DNA from: Rickettsiales bacterium
Lineage (GTDB): Bacteria > Pseudomonadota > Alphaproteobacteria > Rs-D84
Length of the DNA stretch: 35,994 nt
Assembly (NCBI GenBank): GCA_031263295.1
Contig: JAISGC010000057.1
Location: 1 to 35,994 of the forward strand
Reading direction: 5' to 3'
A program made the position numbers and the translations under genes. Positions 24,436 to 32,603 of the stretch are shown here, piece by piece. The notes under the pieces were generated by a model. That model saw nothing but the letters and a program-made list of their open reading frames with translations, searched no databases and had not been told where the DNA came from. Each line of letters starts with the position of its first letter. Within the stretch, counting starts at the first letter, position 1.

Positions 24436-25377
24436 ATGAAAAATGCGATTTGGTTTAATCGGTTGAATATTCTTGCGCTGGCGCTGATGCCGGTTGGTTT
24501 TATGGTGCGGATTTTTGGATGGCGCTTTCGCCGCCGCCGGAACTCTAAATTAAAAATCATTTCGATTGAAAATATAACCGGCTTCGACGCGGGCCGGACC
24601 GAAATCATCCGCGAGATTGCAAAATATATGAACGCCGCGGTCGTTCTGGGCGGATATGGTCGGGGGCGCATTGCGCGCGAAAACGATCCGGTTTCCGAAA
24701 TAGGCGCGGAGGCGAAAATGATTGCCAAATCCGGCCTGGAAGTCTGGGTCGGGAACAAGTCCGAATCCGTCCAATCCTTGGAAATAAAGGATCAGAAGGT
24801 TTCGGCGGTTGTCGCGGCGGGCCCCGTTCCGGTGAAAAACGCGGTCCGGATATTATTATTCGACGGGGCGTCGGCGGCCGGGAACGGGCTGTTTTGGCCG
24901 GCCGGTCCGTTGAGGCGCGGCATCGTTTCGGCCGTAAAGTCGGCCGACGCGGTTCTGCTGGCCGGGACGCCCGGCGCAGGCTCTGCGCGGATCCTGCGGA
25001 TTGCGAAGAGAAAGAAAAAGCCAGTGTTTTTTGTCAGGAAAGATTTCGACACGGACGGCCTGTTCGGGAAATACGCCGCCTTCGGCGACGGGCCGGAACT
25101 ATTCGGCGCGCTCGGGGGCATTTTAAGCGTCCGCCTGGTGGATAAAATCCGCTTTCCTGCGGGCCGCGTCTATAACAAAAACGACATAATAAAACTTTTC
25201 CGCGCGGCCAAGGCTTTCGAGGCGCGGCTGATAACCGACGAGAAAAACTGGGTCCGCCTGCCGTCGAACATTCGCGCGAAAGTCCGGTTCGTTCCGGTCA
25301 GGGTCGGATTGCAGCCGAACTTTTATCTGTGGTTGGAACGGCGAGTCGCCGCGGACATTACAGGAGTCCGAATATGA
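24436..25377 (+). CDS. lpxK: LpxK-like (tetraacyldisaccharide 4'-kinase) protein, degenerate
   Basis: overall LpxK layout (GYG, GNGLFWPAGPLR, LITDEKNWVRL) but P-loop altered. Confidence 0.7.
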   Translation: MKNAIWFNRLNILALALMPVGFMVRIFGWRFRRRRNSKLKIISIENITGFDAGRTEIIREIAKYMNAAVVLGGYGRGRIARENDPVSEIGAEAKMIAKSGLEVWVGNKSESVQSLEIKDQKVSAVVAAGPVPVKNAVRILLFDGASAAGNGLFWPAGPLRRGIVSAVKSADAVLLAGTPGAGSARILRIAKRKKKPVFFVRKDFDTDGLFGKYAAFGDGPELFGALGGILSVRLVDKIRFPAGRVYNKNDIIKLFRAAKAFEARLITDEKNWVRLPSNIRAKVRFVPVRVGLQPNFYLWLERRVAADITGVRI

Positions 25378-26384
25378 AAACTATAAAAATATCCGGCGTA
25401 GGTGTTCACAGCGGAAAAAAATCCGTTATGGAAATAACGCCGACCAAATCCGGCGGCATAGTTTTTGTCCGTGACGGCGTTCGCATTCCGGCGAGATTCG
25501 ACAATGTCGGAAATGCCATGTTGAGGAACACCACCATCGGGACCGCGCCGAACGAAGTCCAGACCATCGAGCATCTGATGGCGGCGCTTTTCGTTTCGGG
25601 CGTCGCCGACTGCGAGATAAAAATCGATAATTCCGAGACGCCGATTCTGGACGGCTCGGCCGCGGAGCTGATAAAATTATTAAAACCAATTGCGGAAAAA
25701 AGCCGGGCGCCATACCTTGTTATAAAAAAGCCCGTCATTGCCAGGCAGTCTGAATCGATGAAAAAAATGCCGGTCCTTTTGAGGTTTTTATCCAAAACAG
25801 CCGGGTTTTTTAAGGGGCGAAAACTGGACGGATGGGTCGGGTTGTCGCCGGTCCGCGGGCGCAAGTTGGAGGTCGCTGCGCGCCTTATATATAAGGAGAG
25901 GATTATCGGCGACCAATCGTTCGGCTTTGTTTTCGATTACGACGACTTCGCGAAATCGGCCGCCGATTTTGCGAAAAATATCGCCCGGTCCCGGACCTTC
26001 GGAAAGGCCGGGGAATGGGAATGGTTGAAGGCGCATGGAATGGGCCGCGGCGTCGACGAGACGAATGTCATAGCGCTCGGCACAATCGGCGATTTGGAGC
26101 GGCTGCATAAAATCGGAATCGGGAAAGGCATAAAAAAAAGCGCGTTGAAGGCGCGCGGCGAAAACGAGGTCGTCGCGCTGAACGGGCTGTTTTATCCCGA
26201 CGAGTTCGTCCGGCACAAAATCATAGACGCGGTCGGCGACCTTTACACATCGGGCTTCCGCATAGTCGGAAAGCTTGAATCATACAAGGGCTCGCACGCT
26301 ATGAACAATATCGTTCTTCGGAAACTTTTCGCCGACCCGGAGAATTATGATATAATTTCAGAGAATAAGAGAATAAGAGAATAA
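25374..26384 (+). CDS. lpxC: UDP-3-O-acyl-GlcNAc deacetylase
   Basis: GVGVHSG, TIEHLMAAL, PILDGS, ARSRTFG, DEFVRHKIIDAVGDL, GSH; ATGA overlap with lpxK. Confidence 0.92.
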   Translation: MKTIKISGVGVHSGKKSVMEITPTKSGGIVFVRDGVRIPARFDNVGNAMLRNTTIGTAPNEVQTIEHLMAALFVSGVADCEIKIDNSETPILDGSAAELIKLLKPIAEKSRAPYLVIKKPVIARQSESMKKMPVLLRFLSKTAGFFKGRKLDGWVGLSPVRGRKLEVAARLIYKERIIGDQSFGFVFDYDDFAKSAADFAKNIARSRTFGKAGEWEWLKAHGMGRGVDETNVIALGTIGDLERLHKIGIGKGIKKSALKARGENEVVALNGLFYPDEFVRHKIIDAVGDLYTSGFRIVGKLESYKGSHAMNNIVLRKLFADPENYDIISENKRIRE

Positions 26385-26478
26385 GAGAATGGAACTTGTT
26401 AAAAGGTTTTTGTTAAAAATTAAAGCACTGCGGTTATCGCAGGCTCCATTCTCTTATTCTCTTATTCTCTTATTCTCT
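26360..26478. repeat. octamer-armed hairpin (AGAGAATA) spanning the lpxC end and the lipoprotein start
   Basis: (AGAGAATA)3 AGAGAATGGAAC...GCTCCATTCTCT(TATTCTCT)3; loop similar to 35877-35994. Confidence 0.92.
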
Positions 26479-26826
26479 CTTACCGCGTGCAGCAGCCCCA
26501 ACTCGGGCAATATCGACAATGCGACGATTCTAAACTGGGAAAACGATATGGCCACCAACGAGCAGTTCGTCAAAGATCACAAATACTGCCTCGGCGTCGA
26601 CAAGCCGTCCCATATGCCCCGCTCCCGCGTAGCCAAGCTTCTGATGCCGAATGCCGGCGGCCAGATGCCCGACTGGGAGGGCCTTTGGGTCACATTCCAA
26701 TCCAACGAAAATCGCGACATCCCCCAGCGATTCCTGATGTCCGCCCCGCCCGGCACAACCAGCAAGTCCACGGGCGCATACAGAAAATGCATGTTCAAGA
26801 AAGGCTATCTCCTCCGCGCCGAATGA
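26389..26826 (+). CDS. putative lipoprotein
   Basis: lipobox LTAC after hydrophobic FSYSLILLFS; C...YRKCMFKKGY C-terminal motif. Confidence 0.75.
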   Translation: MELVKRFLLKIKALRLSQAPFSYSLILLFSLTACSSPNSGNIDNATILNWENDMATNEQFVKDHKYCLGVDKPSHMPRSRVAKLLMPNAGGQMPDWEGLWVTFQSNENRDIPQRFLMSAPPGTTSKSTGAYRKCMFKKGYLLRAE

Positions 26827-26914
26827 GGCGCGAAGCCGGCGGGGAGGCCCCCGCGGGCCTACTCTGGCGCAGTGCCGGAAATAAGGCAATCCCTTTTATA
26901 ATAATGTGATAAAA

Positions 26915-27766
26915 ATGAAAAATAAAATGCTCTTTATAACATCCGACCTTTCGCGGCAGTTGATAATTCTGGCGAAAAAAATCGCGCGCAGCGGGACGCC
27001 CGTCGCGATCGCCGCGCCGGAAAACAAAAACAGCCAGTTTTTCGACGGGCCGGAGATACGGCTTCGCCGCGCGTTCGGGCATCTGTTCGGAAAAAATAAA
27101 ATCCGCGGCTTCGGTTCGGCCATCGCCTTCGACAAGCCCGCGGCGCGCCTGGCCGAGCGGGCCGGAATCCCCGCCTCCGGATACAACGGGGGCGTCGGCA
27201 TAGACCTTTCCGTCTGGAATCCGGGCGCCGTTTCTGGAAACCGCCAGACCATGCTCTTGGGCAAATACAACATCGCGCCGCATCAGAAAATGATAATCGC
27301 GACCGACCCGGACGAAAAGAGCATTCGCGCTCTGATCCTTGGTTTGGAAGGATCAGAGAGAAACGACTTTGTGATTGCTCTTTACGGCGCCTTGACCAAA
27401 AAGCAGGCGCGGCGCATATCCCGGCGCCTCGAAGACGAGCCGCGGATAATATACCTCGGCAACGAGCCGGACCTGCCGACGCTGATGCGCGCGAGCTTCG
27501 CCGTTATGTCTTTTTCCGATTCCGCGAAGTTTTACAAAATCGCCGCGCTCGCCATGGGCCGCATGACTGCATGGAAGAAATCCAAAATCGCCCCGAATGT
27601 CGCGGTGAAAGACGATTTCGCGGCCGCCGCCTTCGCCTTGCTCGATATGCCCGCCAAAGAGCGCGAGCGCTTCGAGAAGGAAAATGTCGTTCGCGCCGCC
27701 CAATTCGATATGGACAAGATTGTCGCGAAGTTGAAAAAATTAGTGCGAGTGCGAGTGGGAGTTTGA
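26915..27766 (+). CDS. GT-B (family 4-like) glycosyltransferase-like protein, degenerate
   Basis: GGVGIDLSVWNP, IIYLGNEPDLPTLMRAS, ALAMG, QFDMDKIV layout. Confidence 0.55.
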   Translation: MKNKMLFITSDLSRQLIILAKKIARSGTPVAIAAPENKNSQFFDGPEIRLRRAFGHLFGKNKIRGFGSAIAFDKPAARLAERAGIPASGYNGGVGIDLSVWNPGAVSGNRQTMLLGKYNIAPHQKMIIATDPDEKSIRALILGLEGSERNDFVIALYGALTKKQARRISRRLEDEPRIIYLGNEPDLPTLMRASFAVMSFSDSAKFYKIAALAMGRMTAWKKSKIAPNVAVKDDFAAAAFALLDMPAKERERFEKENVVRAAQFDMDKIVAKLKKLVRVRVGV

Positions 27767-27833
27767 GTGGCGCTGCCCATTAAATGCAAACGCGATTATA
27801 AGCTCAACTCAAACTCACACTCGAACTCAAACT
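27742..27833. repeat. hexamer-armed hairpin (GAGTGC/GAGTTT), encodes C-terminal VRVRVGV-stop
   Basis: AGTGCGAGTGCGAGTGGGAGTTTGAGT...ACTCAAACTCACACTCGAACTCAAACT. Confidence 0.8.
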
Positions 27834-27853
27834 TTTTATGATATAATCACACT

Positions 27854-28477
27854 ATGAAAAGGTCTTTGCTCTATTTGTTTCTGACGCTCGCCGCGCTGGT
27901 TTATGCGGCGGTCAAATTCGCCGCGTCCGATTCGACCGCGTCCAGGGCGCGGATAATTTCCGACGGGCCGGTCGGCGAAAATCTCCGCGCTTTCGTTTCC
28001 GCGAATGTCGGCAACCCGGATTTGCCGCGCATCGTCGCCGATAACTTTTCCGGCGTCAGATTCGTCTCGGTCAGGAACGATATGAACGGGACCGCCGTCA
28101 TAACCATCCGGCACAAGAAGACCATCGCGGTCTGGACCGACGGCGAGAAATACTATCCGCTGCTTGAAAACGGCGCCCATTTGGACGCGCCTTTCGCGGC
28201 CCGGCCGCAGAGCGTGGTTTTCAAGGGCGCGGTGCCCGCGGATGTTTTGGGCATAATAAAATCGGTCGCGGCCGCGCCGCGGTTTTTCGCGAAGGCGGAC
28301 TTTTTGGAATGGGTGGAGGGTCGGCGCTGGAATGCGATTTTATTCGACAGGGCCAGGGTGATGCTGCCCGATCGCAACGCCGCCGCCGCCATCGCGAAGA
28401 TTGAATCGTCCGGCATTCTGGGCAAAAAGTTTTCCGTCCTGGATCTTCGGGACCCGGAGCGGATGCTGGTCAAATAG
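27854..28477 (+). CDS. ftsQ: cell division protein FtsQ, compact
   Basis: N-terminal TM, POTRA-like segment, WVEGRRWN, LDLRDPER; precedes an ftsA-like gene. Confidence 0.8.
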   Translation: MKRSLLYLFLTLAALVYAAVKFAASDSTASRARIISDGPVGENLRAFVSANVGNPDLPRIVADNFSGVRFVSVRNDMNGTAVITIRHKKTIAVWTDGEKYYPLLENGAHLDAPFAARPQSVVFKGAVPADVLGIIKSVAAAPRFFAKADFLEWVEGRRWNAILFDRARVMLPDRNAAAAIAKIESSGILGKKFSVLDLRDPERMLVK

Positions 28478-28480
28478 GAG

Positions 28481-28608
28481 AATAAAGAATAAAGAATAAA
28501 GAATAAAGAATAAATAGCGGCGCGTTTGCAGGCAGAGCGCATATTGTTGCGTCATAACTTGTCGCCCGTGCATATTTATTCTTTATTCTTTATTCTTTAT
28601 TCTTTATT
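28481..28608. repeat. heptamer-armed hairpin (AATAAAG), perfect 36-bp arms
   Basis: (AATAAAG)4 AATAAATA at 28481-28516 and TATTTATT(CTTTATT)4 at 28573-28608. Confidence 0.95.
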
Positions 28609-28615
28609 AGAAGCA

Positions 28616-30313
28616 TTGTTCGACAATAAACAGACATTTCTTGCGCTCGACATCGGGACCGGCGTGGTCCGCGCGTTCGGCGCCGCCGTCAAGGACGGGC
28701 GGGCGCGGCATTTTTCCTTCGCCGCGTCCGGGGGCGCGATCGCCGAAAATATCATGAACGCCGCCGACGCGGTCGAAAGGGAGCTCGGCGTGAAGTTCCG
28801 GGATGCGGCGATAACCGGCAACCTCGGGGCGGTCGAATCGGTTGTCGCCAAAAACGGCGTCGCCTTTCCGCGCGTTCGCGAAATAACCGAGACGGACGCG
28901 TTCAATGCAATCTGCAATTCGGCCGAGGTCCGCGGCAATCCGGGCATGGTCCTGCATCTTATACCGCTGCAATTTTCGGGCGCGGCGGATGCGGCCGATG
29001 GCGAGATGGCGCCGGGGCGGCCCGCCTTCGGGCGAGTCCTTTCGGTCCGGTTCAATATGCTTTTCGTCGACGGCGCCCGCGTGTCAGAAATCAAGCGCGC
29101 ATTGATGTCGGCCTCCATCCGGCCAGTCGGATTCTATGACCCGATTTATTTATTGGGGCTGCGCTATCACCAGAAAAAGCGGACGGAGATTTTCATAGAC
29201 TTCGGCGCATCCTTTATAAAGGCCGGGGTTATGACCGACCGCGGCCTGACCAAGCGGTTCGATGTCGCGGCGCCTGTCTTTTCGACCGACGAGAAAATCC
29301 GGCTGGCCGTTTTGGAGGACGAGCCCATGGGCTCGGACCGCTATGTCGCCGCGGCCGAAAATATCACGCGCCAGGATGTCTGGGACGAATGGGCCGCGGC
29401 GATGGGCGATGCGGTCGATATTATTTTGGAGAGAGCCGCCGCGCCGGGCGCCGCGATTTTCATATCCGGCGCGGGCGGAAACGCGGAGCATATAAAGTCT
29501 CTGATCCTTGAAAACAAAGGATTGGAGAATATTACGATATTGGATGGGTTCGCGGCGGCCGGATCTTTGGCGCTCCGCGGCGCGGGTTCCGCCGAACCGC
29601 GGTCTGCGACTGCCGCAGGCGGCGCCGCTCCGCGGCGGGCACCGCGCCGCGGGCGTCGGCCGCAGGCCGCGGCCGTTCTGCCGAGCGTTCTGAACTGGGA
29701 CATAAACAACGGATGGGTTTATAAGATGTTTCAGAACGCCGGAATAAAGCGGCTGCACATCGATGTGCAGGACGGCTTCTATACCGCGGCCGTTTCGGGC
29801 GGGGTGCCGGAATTGAAAAAAATCCGCGCGTTGTGGAGGGGCGGGATGCAGGTTCATCTGATGGTCGACGACCCGGCTTCGTGGGCGCAGGTCGTTATGA
29901 AAATCGGCGCGGATACTATTATCGTCCAGGCGGGGACGCGGAACGCCGAGGCCGCGATGACGAAAATAAAGCGGGCGGGCAGGCGGGCCGGATTTGCGAT
30001 TTCGCCGGACTTCGACATCAAAAAATTGCCGAGGCTGATGCTCGCGATGGCGGACGAGATAATCGTGCTCGCGGTCGCGCCCGGCCCGAGCGGACAGGCG
30101 TTCGGGGAGGCGGCGCTGGCGCGCATACGCGCGCTGAAAAACACGCGGACGCGATATAGGTTCGATTACGAGATAATCGCCGACGGCGGGATAAATCCCG
30201 AGACCGCGAAACTCTGCCGGGAAGCGGGCGCGGATGCGGTCGTCAGCGGAAGCTTTCTGCGCAACGCGCCGGATTTCCCGTCCGCGGTCGCGGAACTAAT
30301 TCATAATTCATAA
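28616..30313 (+). CDS. fusion of divergent FtsA with ribulose-phosphate 3-epimerase
   Basis: N-terminal ALDIGT, VLHLIP, FIDFGA, ISGAG actin-fold motifs; C-terminal PSVL, LHIDVQDG, VHLMV, ADGGIN, GADAVVSGS; TTG start at 28616 inferred. Confidence 0.8.
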   Translation: MFDNKQTFLALDIGTGVVRAFGAAVKDGRARHFSFAASGGAIAENIMNAADAVERELGVKFRDAAITGNLGAVESVVAKNGVAFPRVREITETDAFNAICNSAEVRGNPGMVLHLIPLQFSGAADAADGEMAPGRPAFGRVLSVRFNMLFVDGARVSEIKRALMSASIRPVGFYDPIYLLGLRYHQKKRTEIFIDFGASFIKAGVMTDRGLTKRFDVAAPVFSTDEKIRLAVLEDEPMGSDRYVAAAENITRQDVWDEWAAAMGDAVDIILERAAAPGAAIFISGAGGNAEHIKSLILENKGLENITILDGFAAAGSLALRGAGSAEPRSATAAGGAAPRRAPRRGRRPQAAAVLPSVLNWDINNGWVYKMFQNAGIKRLHIDVQDGFYTAAVSGGVPELKKIRALWRGGMQVHLMVDDPASWAQVVMKIGADTIIVQAGTRNAEAAMTKIKRAGRRAGFAISPDFDIKKLPRLMLAMADEIIVLAVAPGPSGQAFGEAALARIRALKNTRTRYRFDYEIIADGGINPETAKLCREAGADAVVSGSFLRNAPDFPSAVAELIHNS

Positions 30314-30486
30314 TTCACAATTCATAATTTTCCCCACCCAAGTTTTTCTAAATCTCGCGGGCTTTGCCCGCTCGATAAGAAAAACTTTCCCGCCCCGCTG
30401 GACCCTGCGGGTCCGCGGGGCAGGAGGGAGCGCGACGGCAAGCAACAAATTATGAATTATGCATTATGAATTATGAATTATGAATT
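30298..30486. repeat. heptamer-armed hairpin (AATTCAT/AATTATG) enclosing a REP-like element
   Basis: AATTCATAATTCATAATTCACAATTCATAATT...AATTATGAATTATGCATTATGAATTATGAATTATGAATT; contains the ftsA-rpe stop. Confidence 0.9.
30332..30425. repeat. REP-like palindrome family 3 (copy 1, nested)
   Basis: CCCCACCCAAGTTTTTCTA...AAGAAAAACT-TTCCCGCCCC...GGGGCAGGA; similar to 33515-33601. Confidence 0.8.
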
Positions 30487-30498
30487 GATATTTCCCCC

Positions 30499-30527
30499 TT
30501 TACATAAAAATCTGAATAATTTATAAT
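30499..30527 (+). promoter_or_regulatory. sigma70-like promoter
   Basis: TTTACA-17 nt-TATAAT. Confidence 0.7.
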
Positions 30528-30746
30528 TTCGCTGCCGCGCCAGATTCGCGCGGCGGGGTGTCATTACCCTCTTTTGAGCGTCCGAAGGGACGAAAATTAT
30601 CTCCAACTCCGGTTGGAGGGCCGATGAATATATTGAATAAGCGGCACAATTCTCAAAGATTGTAATGAACCTCCAACCACCCTTCGCGGATGCGCCGCTT
30701 CGGGTGGCGGACCGCCGTTTGCGGCGGCCATACAAAGGAGTTTGAG

Positions 30747-31607
30747 ATGAGAATATTTTTTGCGCTGTTTTCGTTTGTCGTCGCGTCCGCCGCGCGGGCC
30801 GCGGATATTGCCGCGTCGGTATTCGCCAATTGCGCCAGGGTCTGCATCAATCGCGAGATTTCCGTTCCGGACTGCGCGTTTCCCGATGTCGCCGCATTGA
30901 ACGCGCAGCTGGCGGAGGCGAAATCCGGTATTAGCGATCGCGATGCAAAGCTGGCCGGTTTGCAAAAAGAACTCGACGGCGCGAGGGCGGATAATTTGAC
31001 CGCGGCGCAATGCGATGCGAAGGTTGCGGCCGCGGTCGCCGCAGTTCCGGCGCAGGCCGCGCCGCCCGCACCGGCGTGTCCCGCGGCCCCGGCTTGCCCG
31101 GCGACGCCGGTGTGTCCGCCGACACCGGCGTGTCCGGCTTCGCCCGTTGTCGCGGCGGCGGCTCCCGCTCCGGCGCCCGCGCCAGCCCCGGCGGCGGCGG
31201 CCGTCGCCGCCGCGCCGGACCCGAAATGCGCCGCTGCGGTAAAGCAGTATTATTTCGGAGTTGTATTCACAAAGAGATTCAAGGCGGGGGATTCGTTCAA
31301 ATGCAATGCCGGAACTTTCGGGGATCCGTCGGTCACGGGAGCGTCCAAGTATTGCTATGGCGAAGATACTTCGATACTGGTGGCGGAAGGAAATACGCAT
31401 ACCATGAAAACCGACGGAAATATAGGCTTTGGGTCTATTTTTGCGGCTTCGGGCGACAGCGGGAAATGCGATAGAAAAAGTTTTGGAAACAACAAGCTGA
31501 GCAGCAGCGGTTTTCCAATATATTGCTATGACCGCAATCTGAATATCGCCGCGAAGGAAGGGGCGGCCTTCGTTCCGAAGTCGAAGAAGCTGAGCCATTG
31601 CCCGTGA
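30747..31607 (+). CDS. secreted Cys/Pro/Ala-rich protein with coiled coil and FGDP lectin-like module
   Basis: AGGAG SD; signal MRIFFALFSFVVASAARA; PxCPxx repeats; CNAGTFGDPSVTGASKYCY. Confidence 0.8.
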   Translation: MRIFFALFSFVVASAARAADIAASVFANCARVCINREISVPDCAFPDVAALNAQLAEAKSGISDRDAKLAGLQKELDGARADNLTAAQCDAKVAAAVAAVPAQAAPPAPACPAAPACPATPVCPPTPACPASPVVAAAAPAPAPAPAPAAAAVAAAPDPKCAAAVKQYYFGVVFTKRFKAGDSFKCNAGTFGDPSVTGASKYCYGEDTSILVAEGNTHTMKTDGNIGFGSIFAASGDSGKCDRKSFGNNKLSSSGFPIYCYDRNLNIAAKEGAAFVPKSKKLSHCP

Positions 31608-31653
31608 TGCTTGCCGGGGGGACCGCGGCCCCGCGCGCCCGATATTTTCTTCT

Positions 31654-31681
31654 TTGCAAAAAAATGCGGAACGCTTATAAT
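31654..31681 (+). promoter_or_regulatory. sigma70-like promoter upstream of the C4-like RNA
   Basis: TTGCAA-16 nt-TATAAT. Confidence 0.65.
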
Positions 31682-31864
31682 GGCCGGGAACCAAGTTGGG
31701 AAACTTGGGTCGGGGCTATCGAAAGCCTTTACTAGTGCGGCGCGTTCTCGCGTCGTAATCCGCGCATAAAAAACGCCCGGTTGAAATACCCGGTGCCTGC
31801 GGCGATGGCCGCGTTTTTTATGCCGTCGGCCGGACCCTCCGGGTCTGTCGCCGGTCCCCGTTTT

Positions 31865-31939
31865 ATGGTCGGGGGGCCGTTCGCGAGCAATCCGAACGGA
31901 ATCATTCATTAGTATGATTTTCGATCCCACCCGACCTAT
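31865..31939 (+). ncRNA. C4-like antisense RNA (P1/P7 C4-type three-way junction)
   Basis: ATGGTCGGG-GGG [CCGTTCG..CGAACGG][AATCAT-TCATTAGT-ATGATT] TTCGAT CCC-A-CCCGACC; complementary targets ATCGAAA (31718) and ACTAGTG (31731) upstream. Confidence 0.65.
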
Positions 31940-31971
31940 CAGGTTTTTCGATATAGGCCGAGCCTTCCGGC

Positions 31972-32123
31972 GGGTGTTCCCCTCCTTTGGAGGGGTGGCA
32001 TTTTGCGAAGTCACGAAGTGTCGTAGCAAAATGACGGGGTGGTGATGAAGACAGGCACAGCGCGTTATCGCCACCAGTGCGTGGCCGCCTTCGGCGGCAC
32101 CCCTCCAAAGGAGGGGAACACCC
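31972..32123. repeat. REP-like composite palindrome (copy 2 of 5-151)
   Basis: GGGTGTTCCCCTCCTTTGGAGGGGTGGCATTTTGCGAAG.CACGAAGTGTCGTAGCAAAATGACGGGGTGGTG...CCCCTCCAAAGGAGGGGAACACCC. Confidence 0.92.
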
Positions 32124-32165
32124 GCTTGAAGGCATCGCCAAGAAAACAAAAACAGGGAGAAAAAT

Positions 32166-32603
32166 ATGAGAAAATTATTTGCCGGAATCGCTCTGGTCCT
32201 TTCAGCACAAGGAGCGGAGAGCGCGAAGATGTGCAGGCTGGATAACTCGGGGATGACATACGCATACAATGCGTCCGCAAAAATATGGGCGAACGGGATA
32301 GGCTGCGGCGATACCGAAAAAAGCGGCGGCGCGGACCAGCTTTGCGCGACGCGAAAGATGTCGGGCGTCGGATGGTGCGCCGAGAAAGGATACACGACAT
32401 ATGGGCCGGCGAATGAAAACGAGGTTGGAAAATACTGCCATTGCAGAATGACTTGGCCGATTGAGGGCAGATGGATTTTGGGCTGGTATACCGGAGGAAA
32501 TAATGACCCGTTCACAGATGCGGCGGCCTGCGCCGCAAAATGCGCGATGGCCTGCGGTGCAGACAGCAGAAGCAATTTATTCTTGTTTATGGTGGCCGTG
32601 TAA
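32166..32603 (+). CDS. secreted Cys-rich hypothetical protein (paralog of 196-735)
   Basis: GGGAG SD; signal peptide; IWANGIGC, YCHCRMTWP...W...CAAKCAMAC. Confidence 0.8.
   Translation: MRKLFAGIALVLSAQGAESAKMCRLDNSGMTYAYNASAKIWANGIGCGDTEKSGGADQLCATRKMSGVGWCAEKGYTTYGPANENEVGKYCHCRMTWPIEGRWILGWYTGGNNDPFTDAAACAAKCAMACGADSRSNLFLFMVAV

Noticed and set aside
26360-26478. Hairpin as an intron fusing LpxC to the lipoprotein
   Set aside because: Removing the 119-nt stem-loop joins the genes out of frame and would delete the only start codon and h-region of the lipoprotein
30571-30596. Hammerhead-like GTCC-GAAG-GGAC-GAAA stem
   Set aside because: The required CUGANGA core is absent (CTTTTGAGC instead) and I see no matching stem III or cleavage triplet
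30597-32575. Minus-strand ORFs 30597-31694 and 31526-32575
   Set aside because: They overlap better-supported plus-strand genes, palindromes and structured RNA; low-complexity translations
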